Source: Malacoraja senta (Eukaryota). Taken from it: DNA of 64,000 nucleotides. How positions within the stretch are numbered: position 1 is the first letter of the stretch; each line of letters begins with the position of its first letter. Location of the stretch: assembly GCA_038087875.1 (NCBI GenBank), contig CM075988.1, forward strand, positions 7,690,001-7,754,000, read 5' to 3'. Shown here piece by piece: positions 50,533-61,856 of the stretch. The position numbers were made by a program, and so were the translations under genes. The notes beneath the pieces are model-generated. The model did not search any database, was not told where the DNA came from, and saw nothing but the letters and a program-made list of their open reading frames with translations.

Positions 50533-51255
50533 TCACCTCCGTGGCGGTGCTACAGCCGAACGCCAACTGCGCTGCATCGTAGCTGGACTCGTCCCTTGCC
50601 CGGACCAGTCTACTCCCTTATAGGGATACTTCCGCTTTGGTGAATATGTGGCTGCCGTCTTAGCCTCCTCCTCCAGCTCCTTCACCTGCTGTGCGAAATC
50701 CTCGCCAAACAGCTGTGCCGGTTGCACTGTGCCAGGCTGGCAGAGTGAAGCATATTTAGCATTGATGGTTGGTCTAATCGCAGTCTTGCGGAGGCAGTTG
50801 ATCTCAAAGTGGGCACTCCACAATAGCGCCTTTTGTTGTAATTTGTCATTGCCTCTCCATCTACCATCCTGGCAAAGCTCGTTATACCAGATGCCAGCAA
50901 CTTTAAAAATATGCTGGAGCTTCACATGCTCCTGGGCTTTCATTAGTATGCCCATCTTGCCCCAATTCTTCCTGTTCCCAACAGGAACTTTTAACAGTCC
51001 ACAGTTGATTGGGGCTTCATACTTCGTTACTGTCTCATCCATTGTCAGCTCCTGTAGCTGATGTGAGACTTGGTAATTTATGCTGGTGGCAAGTTCCTCA
51101 CCCAGAGGCTCACCAGCGTCCGACGACATGGCAAACCGTGCTGCACACGGTGTCAGCTCTGGCAGCTGCCTGCCCTCCCTTTGGAAGTCGTCAGACTCAG
51201 GGTCAGAGCGTAGCTGCCCTTCTGCACTCACCTCTTGCAAAGAGGGTGCTTTCAA
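50533..51255 (-). pseudogene. DIRS gag-like ORF1 remnant
   Basis: 240-aa ORF upstream of RT containing ...EINCLRKTAIRPTINAKYASLC...LFGEDFAQQVKEL, which resembles DIRS ORF1. Confidence 0.7.
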
Positions 51256-51495
51256 GCAGGCCTCTACTAGGCACTGCCGGCGGAGCCGTCCCCACGGCTT
51301 CCCGCCTGCACAACTCCTCCTGGAGTATGGCTTTATGAAGCAGGCCTCTCCAAGGCACTGCCAGCGGAGCCTTCCCTAAGGCTTCCCGCCTGCACAACTC
51401 CTCCTGGAGTTGTGGCTTTATGAGGCAGACCTCTCCTAGGCACTGCCAGTGGAGCCTTCCCTATGGCTTCCCTCCTGTATTACTCCTCCTGGAGC
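51254..51495. repeat. About 3 tandem copies of an 84-85 bp unit inside the DIRS 5' region
   Basis: Units start at about 51254, 51338 and 51423 (aagcaggcctct...ggcactgcc...ggcttccc...actcctcctggag). Confidence 0.9.
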
Positions 51496-52689
51496 GTCTC
51501 TGTGGAGCAGCCCCTGTATGAGCTGCTCCTTTTGGATAACCGCTGGGGAACGGTATCCTGTCCCCGAAGGGACTCTCGTGGCCCGACTCTACGGAGTCTA
51601 TAGCCCTGACAGACTTGGCGTATGCCGACCGCCCGACTGGCGGTGGCTGTGTACCCGGCTGGGCACTTTGCCAAGTCTGTCGCCGCACCGCTATCGGCTT
51701 GCGACTCCCCCGAGGTGACAGGCTGCCTTTCAGAGACTGCGTCCCGCAGCTCTCTCTCTCCTTGTCCGCAGCAGCCTGCACCTTTTACTTGTTCCTGCAT
51801 ATGAGGGAAAAAACACACAGAAACAATTTATTTACTTTTTCCTAACTCCTCCAAAGTCTCCCCGACTATGGTGGAGCTGTATTTACTCACGTTGCAGCAG
51901 GACGTCCGTGCTCCTGCTGCCGTTGTCGCCAATGCGTCCGACGTAATGACGCGCATGCGCCCTGACGGGCTTCTTCACGTAGTCACTCACGTGACTCCGA
52001 AGTAAAATCAACATTCTTCACTGTGGTGGAAGGCAATAACGTTTAGTCAGTCCTCCTCCTTTGTTCATCCGTGGCGGGGCCATGAACCATCCGCAGTCGT
52101 CGCTACGGATGGCCCGATGTACAGGCACTCTTGTCGGGATGCTCGAAACTTCAACGTCGGGACGGACGGACACTCCACGGCTTGGAGGTCCCGAATTGGC
52201 CGCTTCCTACCGGAGACCGGGGCTTCACGATGTTATAGGCCGCAGGCCGGCGGTCGGGACTCTTAGAGTCCACACTGCACCCGTGGCTAGAAGCTTCGCA
52301 GACTGCGGCTTCAGTATGTTATAGGCCGCAGGCAGGAGGTCGGAGCACTTCTTCTAGTGACCCCCGGCAAGGGATCGCCCGGCTCCGCGATGGAAAGTCT
52401 GCGCTGCACCCGCTGCTGAAGCTCTGGACCCGACTCTGGGAAAGGCCGCACCAATCCAAGTTATTAGGCCGCGAGGGAGGGCGAAATGCAACTAGGAGAA
52501 AAAGTTGCATTCCACCGAGGTAAGTGACTAAAAAACAGTTTCCCCCAATTCCCGCCCCCACCCCCACCACACTGAAACACACTTAAACACACTTTTAGAC
52601 ATACTAAAAACAAAAACAAAGTGGAAAGAACGAACAGCTGCTGGCGAGGCTGCCGGCTCGTGGCGCCATCCGTTTATTCAACAAAATGC

Positions 52690-53280
52690 ATTGCGTTCAA
52701 CAAATCTGCGTTTGGGTTCCCAAATGCCAAGGAGACCACATTGTGAACAGTGAACGCAATGCATTATGTTGAATAATGTCTAAATGAATCGCTGCTTCAC
52801 CTGGGAAGACTCTCCAGGTCCCTAAGGGCGAAAGGACAAGTATTGCATCGCCTGTATTTGCCAGGCAAAGTGTTACCAGAAGGGAAGAGGATTGGTTTGT
52901 GGAAATGGACGAGGGAGTCATGAAGGGAACGATCACTGCAAAATGCTGAAAGGGAAGCAGATAAGAAGATGTCCGTTCGTGGAATCTCTTTGACGGTGGA
53001 GAAAAATGTGGAGAATGATCTGTTGAAAGTGAAGGCTAGTGGGATTGGAAGATGAGGACCAGTAGAACTCTATCTTGTTCTGTCCTACACGAGAGGGAGT
53101 GAGAGGAGAGGAAGTGGACGAGATGCCTTGTAGACAATAGTAGCGGGGAAGCCCAAGGTTCAGGAAGAAGGAAGACAAATCAGAGATATTGAAGTATGTG
53201 CTGGAGAACTCAGCGTGTCCAGTAACATCTCTGGAGAAAAGAAATAGGTGACGTTTCGGGTCGTGACCCTTCATCAGAGT
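52690..53280 (-). mobile_element. Penelope-like element, upstream piece with hammerhead-like repeat
   Basis: Reverse complement resembles the C.RCS.CGL..GE...R GIY-YIG region and upstream PLE ORF; hammerhead core at 53250-53277. Confidence 0.7.
53250..53277 (-). ncRNA. Minimal hammerhead-ribozyme-like core (PLE type)
   Basis: - strand reads CTGATGA-A-GGGTC-AC-GACCC-GAAA-CGTC. Confidence 0.55.
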
Positions 53281-54725
53281 GGGAGCCAGGGTAGTACACC
53301 TACTTCCACAGGAAGTATGTGGGGTTGTGCAGAAAAGTTGGAATGCCAAAAAGAATGTTTTATGTAAGAGTAAAATCTTTAAATAATGATACTATCAGAC
53401 CTACTGCTTCTATATACTGTATGAATAAAATACCCTTCTCCCTTTTGATGATTGGTGTATTTTTTTGGTAGATCCCTTTAGTTCAGATGGATTTTAAAGA
53501 TTGGATTTGTATCTTCAAGTGATTTGTAGAATCATTTTTTTGAGGTCAGCAATATCTTGAGATATTGTTGATGATACCCTTTGTGGCTCCAAAACATTTT
53601 GGGAGTCCTATAGTTGTGAAATTTGGAAGTTCTTTATTTTACTCTCTTATTCCGCATCCCATCTCAATCTGTTGGCACAAGAAGGGAAAAGTTGGAAGAC
53701 GTGTTTAAAAACAGCGAATAAAAGTTAGTTTTAGCTATTGACTTTGGCTCAGTTGCCTGGTTTGCTGAAGATTTATTAGTGTTTGTAATTCACTCATCAC
53801 TGTCATGGCCCAGTTAATGACCGTAGAGAATTATTGCAGATCAAAACAAACCATAATTTAGCCCAGAACCAGAGCCTATGTGTTTTGTTTTGTTTTCTTT
53901 GTGAAATGACTGAGTGGAGCACTGTAGCTAAATATCAGGCAGCCCCAGAGGCACTTTAACATTTTCCCTTTGACCTTCTTGTCTGGTCCCCTTGTCTTCT
54001 GAGAGTACAGGTTCCTCTGACTGCAGCAGTTGCTAGCAGTCGGTACCTTCCCCCGTGGACTTGAATGTTATGTTGTTGATGTTCCCAGGAACATACTAAT
54101 ACTCAGTTCATGTTCCTTTTATAATCTCCTGTCCCATGGGTTGTGTAACAATGCTTGAAGCCTGAAGGCAATCAGGGAAATTATGCGCACTTTCAAAATA
54201 GATGTATATATTTTTTCTCTCTCCTGATGGTGTATTGTGCACAGGATCAAAAAGTCCTCTGAAATTCATAACTGTGGAGATGTTGATGGGTGATTTTTTT
54301 AGAGACGCACCAAGTTGTCCCAGTGCACTGCAGCTGCCAGTTCTCAGTTAAAGACAGTGGACTGGTTTTACATGGCATTGTACGCAGGCAGTCTTTTACA
54401 GTGACGGACTGCACAAAATAAAATGATTTCCATAAGCAATGCACGAGTGATAACTGGCATTAACTAACAATATCTTGGTCAAGATTTGTTAATTAAGCAA
54501 AGAGACAGAAGAAGCAGTGATGAGTCTTTGTGTCGAGCGGTTGTGGGAGATTTAATTGAGGTGTTTGAGAGACTATTTCCACTGGCGCAGTGAATACAAG
54601 TTTTAGATAATTGGGAACTGAAGAAAATTGCTTTCACATATTAAACAATGATCTGGAAAGCCTAAAAGAGGAGTTGAAGGATATTCCATGCAAACTTTGA
54701 AGAGCACATTGGAGAAATGTTCGAT

Positions 54726-55017
54726 TTTAGACTTTAGAGATACAGCGCGGAAATAGGCCCTTCAGCTCATGCCGACCAGCAATCACTCCGTACACCAGCA
54801 CGATCCCACACACTAGGGACCATTTACAATTTACGGAAGTTAAATACCCTACAAGCCCGTACGTCTTTGGAGTGTGGGAGGAAACCGGAGCACCCGGAGG
54901 AAACCCACGCGGTCATAGGAAGAACGTGCAAACTCCATACAGACAGCACGCAGAACCAAGATCGAACCCGGGTCTCCGACGCTGTAAGGTAGCAACTCCA
55001 CCGCTGCGCCACTGTGA
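54726..55017 (-). mobile_element. tRNA-derived SINE (HE1/V-SINE-like)
   Basis: Same family. Confidence 0.85.
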
Positions 55018-55809
55018 CTCCCAAATTCTTGAAAGGGGGAAATATGCAAAGAAGAGTGGAACTGGAATAACCTTGTAGCTCCTACAAAGATCCAGCACAG
55101 GCTCACAGCACAGAATTTACTCATTTTGTGCTGTGTAATTATTTGCCTTTTGTTCCTTTGTCTGGGCATTTTTTCCAATGCTAAAGTAACATTTTCTAAA
55201 CACTGCAAACTAACCAATACTATGTGCCAGTTTATTATTTGGGGACCAAGGTAGTATGTGTTTGAGTCATGGATTCATGTGCATTAGTTGGCTATCAAAA
55301 TATAACAGGGCTGTCAACACCGAACACCTTGTGGTGCTTCCCAGTATGTGTACTTGCAGCAGAAATCAATGGATAGCAACTAATTGTGATGGTATTTAGT
55401 TATTTTTGTTGTTTCTCTATAGGGTGCTGAAGCTAATTGTATTTCCTTTAATCAATACTTAGATCGTGATTAAATATAGCAGCTTCCAATCTTCATCACC
55501 ACCATACAACAGACCAAACCAGAGTGCAGTACTGAATGATTTTGCAGCATTATTGAACATAGAAAATACAGCAATGTCTCTGTTGAACATGATGCCAAGA
55601 TCAACTAATCTCATCTGCCTGCACCTGTTTCATCTCACTCTATTCTCTGCATATTCTCTGTCCATCTAAATGTCTCTTAAATGCCACTATCTTAATGCCT
55701 CCGCCAGCATTTCTGACAGTATGCTCCAGTCACACGCCACCGTCTGTGTAAAATAACCTGCCCTGCACATCTCCTTTCAACTTTAACACTTTAACTATCA
55801 GGTTAATGG

Positions 55810-56016
55810 GCGTGGGTTGCCTTTGGCTGCTCCAGTTTTCTCCCACATTCCAATGACATGCGGGTTTGTAGGTTAAATGACCTCTGTAAATTTCCCCTAG
55901 CGTGTTGGAAGTGGATGCGCAAGTGTGAACTAGTGTGAACAAGTGATCAGCGGTCGGCATGGACTTGGTGGGCTGAAGTACTTGTTTCCATGCTGTATCT
56001 CTAATCTCTAAACTAA
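55810..56016 (+). mobile_element. Partial tRNA-derived SINE
   Basis: Core and tail. Confidence 0.7.
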
Positions 56017-56446
56017 AATTGAACTAATAAGAACAGAGGTATGTCATTGAGACTCTTTATTTGCATGTTTGTGGAATATGGTCATCAGTGATCATTGCCC
56101 ATGCATATTGGCCTATGAACCAATTGGCTTGGAGGACATGTGGTGTTCACAGTACTGCGGTAGGTCAGGGGTCATGTAAGAAGGACAGGTTTCCTTTCTT
56201 GAGGGCATCAGTGAAGTAAATGGATTTCTATGATTATTTGGAGATTTTCAGGTCAGCATTTCATATACAAATTGTTTTTATCTGGTATTTATGCTCTCAG
56301 GCTTGTTCCACTGTTTAATTGTATCATGGCCAATTAGTATCTTGCCTCCATGTATCTGCCTCATTTCCAGAACCCTTCAAACTAATTTTTAAAAAAAATC
56401 TGTCTTAGAGTAGAAATCTTCAATTTATTTCACCTGAACAGCTTTC

Positions 56447-56772
56447 ATAAGAAATAGGAGCAGCATGAGGCCATTCGGCCAGTGGAGTCTGCTCCGCCAT
56501 TCGATCATGGCTGATCTATTTTCCCTTTCAACCCCATTCTCTTGCCTTCTCACCATAACCTTTGACAACCTTACTAATGAAGAACCTTTCAATCTCTGCT
56601 TTAAAAAGACCCAATGACTTAGTCTCCACATTCGTCTGTGGCAATGAATTCCATGGATTCACCAGTCAGTGAAATTCCTCCTCATCTCCTTTCTAAAGGT
56701 ATGTCCCTTTTATTTTGAGGCTGTGCCCTCTGGACCTCGACTCTCCCATTACTGGAAACATCCTCTCCACAT
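56447..56772 (-). mobile_element. CR1 3' end
   Basis: Reverse complement of gatagatcagccatgatcgaatggcggagcag...ctcctatttcttatg. Confidence 0.75.
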
Positions 56773-57114
56773 CCACATGAGCATAAGTTACATATTTCCA
56801 TGACCCTATGTGTGAACAACTGATTCTTTCTTTCATTTGCATCTGCATTATAGAGCAGTTCTTGCATTTTATCGGCTTGGTTTAGCACATGCAGTGTTGC
56901 TATTAACATGCATAAGCTAGTTTATGTGCAAGTATCAGGAGTGTGTGTCTTAATCACGATTCTCAGTGGCACCAGAGTATCAGCAAGCAACGATTCTGTT
57001 TGTGAGTAGACAGCAGTGAATTGTTGCTGCCAGTATTTTTTAGCTGGACTAACAGTACTGAGTGATAAGTCTGTAAAAGACAGACCTGTAAACGACAAGC
57101 CAGCTCATAACTGT

Positions 57115-57310
57115 GCAGGGAAGAACTGCAGATGTTGGTTCATACCGGTTGGCACAAAATGCTGGAGTAACAGTGGGTCAGGCAGCATCGCAGGAAAAAA
57201 GGAATAGGTGATGATTCAGATCGAAAGTACCGACCCGAAGCGTCACCTATTCCTTTTATCCAGAGATGCTGCCTGACCCGCTGTTACTCCAGCATTTTGT
57301 GCCTATCTTC
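57115..57310. repeat. Palindromic Penelope terminal-repeat element
   Basis: ggcacaaaatgctggagtaacag...ctgttactccagcattttgtgcc. Confidence 0.8.
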
Positions 57311-57729
57311 AACAGGATGACTGATGGGGATGGCTGGGAGAGTCTCTATAAATGATCTGGAGAAGAGTGAGGACCTTCAAGCCAAAAGGAACAATGGGCA
57401 GATTATAAACAATGGCAGCTCACTCAATAAAATCTATTGAATGCACCACATGTCCACCCCGGTAATACGCCACCAAGCCACACTGACCATCATAACTTCA
57501 TTGTTATTGTAGGCAGGAACTGCAGATGCTGTTTTGAACCTGAGATAGACACAAAAAGCTGGAGTAACTCAGCGGGTCAGACAGCATCTTTGGAGAAAAG
57601 GAATAGGTACCGTTTTGGGGCGAGACCCTTCTTAAATCTCATTAAGGAATCACCTGTTTGACTGACCACATAGAATAAAAGAAGATAGACACAAAAAGCT
57701 GGAGTAACACAATGGGACAGGCAGCATCT

Positions 57730-59778
57730 GGGTTTCAAGGGAAATTGGACACTTGGTTCAGAAAAAGAGAGAGATCTACAATAATTATAGGCAGCAAGGA
57801 GTAAATGAGGTGCTTGAGGAGTATAAAGAATGTAAAAAGAATATTAAGAAAGAAATTAGAAAAGCTAAAAGAAGATATGAGGTTGCTTTGGCAAGTAAGG
57901 TGAAAGTAAATCCAAAGGGTTTCTACAGCTATATTAATAGCAAAAGGATAACAAGGAATAAAATTGGTCCATTAGAGAGTCAGAGTGGACAGCTATCTGC
58001 AGAGGCAAAAGAGATGGGGGAGATATTGAACAATTTCTTTTCTTCGGTATTCACCAAGGAGAAGGATATGGAATTATGTGAGGTAAGGGAAACAAGCAGA
58101 GTAGCAATGGAAACTATGAGATTCAAAGAAGAGGAGGTGCGGACACTTTTGAAAAATATGAAAACGGATAAGTCTCCAGGTCCTGACAAGATATTCCCGA
58201 GGACATTGAGGGAAGTTAGTGTAGAAATAGCAGGGGCTATGACAGAAATATTTCAAATGTCATTAGAAACGGGAATAGTGCCGGAGGATTGGCGTACTGC
58301 GCATGTTGTTCCGTTGTTTAAAAAGGGTTCTAAGAGTAAACCTAGCAATTATAGACCTGTTAGTTTGACATCAGTTGTGGGCAAATTAATGGAAAGGAAA
58401 CTTAGAGATAATATATATAAGTATCTGGATAAGCAGGGTCTGATTAGGAACAGTCAACATGGATTTGTGCCTGGAAGGTCATGTTTGACTAATCTAGAAT
58501 TTTTCGAAGAGGTTACTAGGGAAATTGATGAGGGTAAAGCAGTGGATGTTGTCTATATGGACTTCAGTAAGGCCTTTGACAAGGTTCCTCATGGAAGGTT
58601 GGTTAAGAAGATTCAATTGTTGGGTATTAATGGTGGAGTAGCAAGATGGATTCAACAGTGGCTGAATGGGAGATGCCAGAGAGTAATGGTGGATGGCTGT
58701 TTGTCAGGTTGGAGGCCGGTGACTAGTGGGGTGCCTCAGGGGTCTGTGTTGGGTCCACTGTTGTTTGTCATGTACATCAATGATCTGGATGATGGTGTGG
58801 AAAATTGGATTAGTAAGTATGCAGATGATACTAAGATAGGTGGTGTTGTGGATAATGAAGTAGATTTTCAAAGTCTACAGAGAGATTTAGGCCATTTGGA
58901 AGAGTGGGCTGAAAGATGGCAGATGGAGTTTAATGCTGATAAATGTGAGGTACTACATCTCGGCAGGACAAATCAAAATAGGACGTACATGGTAAATGGT
59001 AGAGAATTGAGGAATGCAGTTGAACAGAGGGATCTAGGAATAACTGTATATAGTTCCCTGAAGGTGGAATCTCATGTAGATAGGGTGGTAAAGAAAGCTT
59101 TTGGTGTGCTGGCCTTTATAAATCAGAGCATTGAATATAGAAGTTGGGATGTAATGTTAAAATTGTACAAGGCATTGGTGAGGCCAATTCTGGAGTATGG
59201 AGTACAATTTTGGTCGCCTAATTATAGGAAGGATGTCAACAAAATAGAGGGAGTACAGAGGAGATTTACTAGAATGTTGCCTGGGTTTCAGCAACTAAGT
59301 TACAGAGAAAGGTTGAACAAGTTAGTCTTTATTCTTTGGAGCGCAGAAGGTTAAGAGGGGACTTGATAGAGATCTTTAAAATTATGAGCGTGTTAGACAG
59401 AGTTGACGTGGATAAGCTTTTTCCATTGAGAGTAGGGAAGATTCAAACAAGGGGACATGACTTGACAATTAAGGGACAGAAGTTTAGGGGTAACATTAGG
59501 GGGAACTTCTTTACTCAGAGAGTGGTAGCTGTGTGGAATGAGCTTCCAGTGGAAGTGGTGGAGGCAGGTTCGATTTGATCTTTTAAAAATAGATTGGATG
59601 GGTATATGGACGGGAAAGGAATGGAGGGTTATGGTCTGAGTGCAGGTAGATGGGACAAGTGGGGAAGTATTTATATTAAAAAATAAAAATTTAAAAAAAA
59701 ATGTTCGGCACGGACTTGAAGGGCCGAGATGCCTGTTTCCGTGCTGTGATGGTTATATGGTTATATGGTTATTTGGTT
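57730..59778 (+). mobile_element. CR1 LINE, 5'-truncated, young
   Basis: 533-aa ORF2 part plus a frameshifted C-terminus, (ttatatgg)n tail, and ATCT on both flanks (57726-57729 and 59779-59782). Confidence 0.95.
57753..59578 (+). pseudogene. CR1 ORF2 reverse transcriptase (no endonuclease domain; frameshift near 59325)
   Basis: Motifs KSPGPD, NYRPVSLTS, QHGF..GRSCLTNL, DFSKAFDKVPH, GVPQGSVLGPLLF, YADD, RPILEY and FFTQRVV..WN.LP. Confidence 0.95.
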
Positions 59779-61103
59779 ATCTCTAGAGAGAAAATAATGA
59801 AGAAGGGTCTCGACCCGAAATGTTTCTTCTCCCCAAAGATGCTGCCCGCTGAGTTACTCCAGCTTTTTGTGTCTATCTTTGGTTTAAACCAGTATCTGCA
59901 GTTCCTTCCTACACATAGAAAAAAAGGTTAAGCTATGAAGTCAGGGGCTATCTCTCAGTGTGAAGTAGGGTCTGACTTGCTGAGTTACCCCAGCTTCTTG
60001 TGTCTATCATTGTTTTTGTAATTGTTTAACAGTGAATTTGTTCGCACTACGGGTTCTCTTTAGGTGTTAATTTCAAAATCCTCCTTTGTACATGGTTAGG
60101 AGATAGTCACTTACTATTCACTCTGACTCCATGCACGTTTCCTTCTTTGCTGCAAAAACTGGCACTTCCAGCAACTTGCTGCATCAAACTTTATATTTTC
60201 AAGGGACAAATCCAGCAGCCGACAGAAACTATTCGGTCGTTCCTACAGTAACATCTGGCCCATTAAAAATATAATCAATGTTAAATATTTTAACTTGTTT
60301 CTTATTTTTCCTTTGTGCCTTTGACTCTCTCGTTAAGTCTTTCTCCCTCATTATTCCTCTTCCAAATCTGATTATCATTGAATTCGCTTCTTTAATCCGT
60401 TCCTGCTCCTTAGTCCTGCTGCTGTTTATTTCCCAGTCCTTAAATCTCATTAAGGAAATCCCTTCTTCAATGGGGACTCAGATGCTCAATTTCCCTTGGT
60501 GCACCATTATCAGTTCACACTTGGAATTCAGGAGCACAGTTAAACCTCCAGCTCAGATGTAGTGTGCAATTTCAGGTCAGTTTCCTGAACCTTCCCTATT
60601 AACATGGAGGCTGCTCATTTGGAACAAATCATAGGGAACATCTGGTTTGGGGTTAAAGAGCACCATGTAAAGGAGCGGATTCAGTCCATTTGGGAGTGAA
60701 TGAGACTGAAGCAATGAGTTGTTAAGTGGAAAACTGCTGGAGTAGTAGCCTCTCTGTATTCCTGCCTGTGTTCTCTGCTGCCTCAGCTAGCTAGCAGAAC
60801 AGTGCTGAATGTGCTAAATTAGCCCATTACATGAATTCATTTGCCTTTATTAGGCAATGTCAAATCCTTTTTTTTATTATTAGAGGCAGCAAACGACCTC
60901 TCAGTCGCAGTAAATGTCACAGCCGTTTAGCTGCATATTTGTATAGATTCATTGAAGATCAATCTATCCCTTCTCACCCTTCCCCCACACACGTCCGCGA
61001 CACTAATCAGCCAGTTCATTTTTTTTTAAATATAATTTTTTCTGCCACCCTCGGTGTTCAGTTTGAAGTATTTAATTTCATTTTGAAAAAAGAACTGTGG
61101 TGA

Positions 61104-61152
61104 GTGTGTGTGTGTGTGCGTGTGTGTGTGCGTGTGTACGTGTGTGTATGTG
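61104..61152. repeat. (TG)n microsatellite, imperfect
   Basis: Direct inspection. Confidence 0.9.
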
Positions 61153-61856
61153 AGGTAAAGAGTTAATAGTGGGCCAGAAATACTTGAACTCTCAACACCA
61201 GCTGTTTTACCACCATTAATTCCAACCAATTTAGTGGCCATGTATGACCAGCTCTCGTCTTCCTGTTATAATTCATCTTGAGGCAGGTAAATGGCAACTG
61301 CTGACCAACAGGGCTCACGAGGTGCAGACATTTCATAATGGTAATACTGGCTGGAATTTGCCTTTCATTTATTGCTGCCCGCTCCTCTGAGAAGAGTAGA
61401 TTGATGTGAGCCTGCTATTTCCTTTTTATCCTAGCATGAATCACAGGTTTATATTAAAGTGGGATCACACAGATCATTTTATAATATACAACACCTTCTC
61501 ACACACAAAGTGGAGCCTTCCATTCAGCTTTGTCGGGATCTCAAAATTTAAGTAGTAATTTTATTTTGAATTAACAATAAAAGGTGCCACAAGCTCAGCA
61601 TTTCTGACAAGCTGTCTGCCCGCATAGAGGAAAAGGTGAAGCTATGAAGTACTGTAAATGCAGACCATTTGATTCAGTGGGCAACACTTGATACAACTAT
61701 TTTACAGAGCCACTTCCAATTAGTTTTGGTGCTAAACATATCTTGTTTTGGATGCTCATGGGTTCACAAGGTTGGTGGTAAAATTAACGTGCAAATTGTT
61801 TAACTCTTAGGAGTTCCACTGATGCTAGTGGGATATGGTACTGGGATGCAAGTAGG

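Larger units (their letters stand above)
47204..52008 (-). mobile_element. DIRS1-type tyrosine-recombinase retrotransposon, full-length in structure, coding regions degenerate
   Basis: Inverted terminal core (47276-47310 vs 51947-51981), internal complementary region 47433-47544, AAT at both ends, and gag-like, RT, RNase H, methyltransferase and YR remnants in DIRS order on the - strand. Confidence 0.95.
47071..52672 (-). mobile_element. GC-rich non-autonomous retroelement related to 1582-2397, split by the DIRS insertion (pieces 47071-47203 and 52009-52672)
   Basis: The - strand starts cggatggcgcc and has the same T-rich/G-run/CpG layout, the same gccttcca.cacagtga hairpin, and a (ttgaac)n tail. 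Confidence 0.7.

Noticed and set aside
51254..51495. Regularly spaced repeats resembling a CRISPR array
   Set aside because: Whole units repeat with no unique spacers, there are no cas genes, and the context is a vertebrate retrotransposon.
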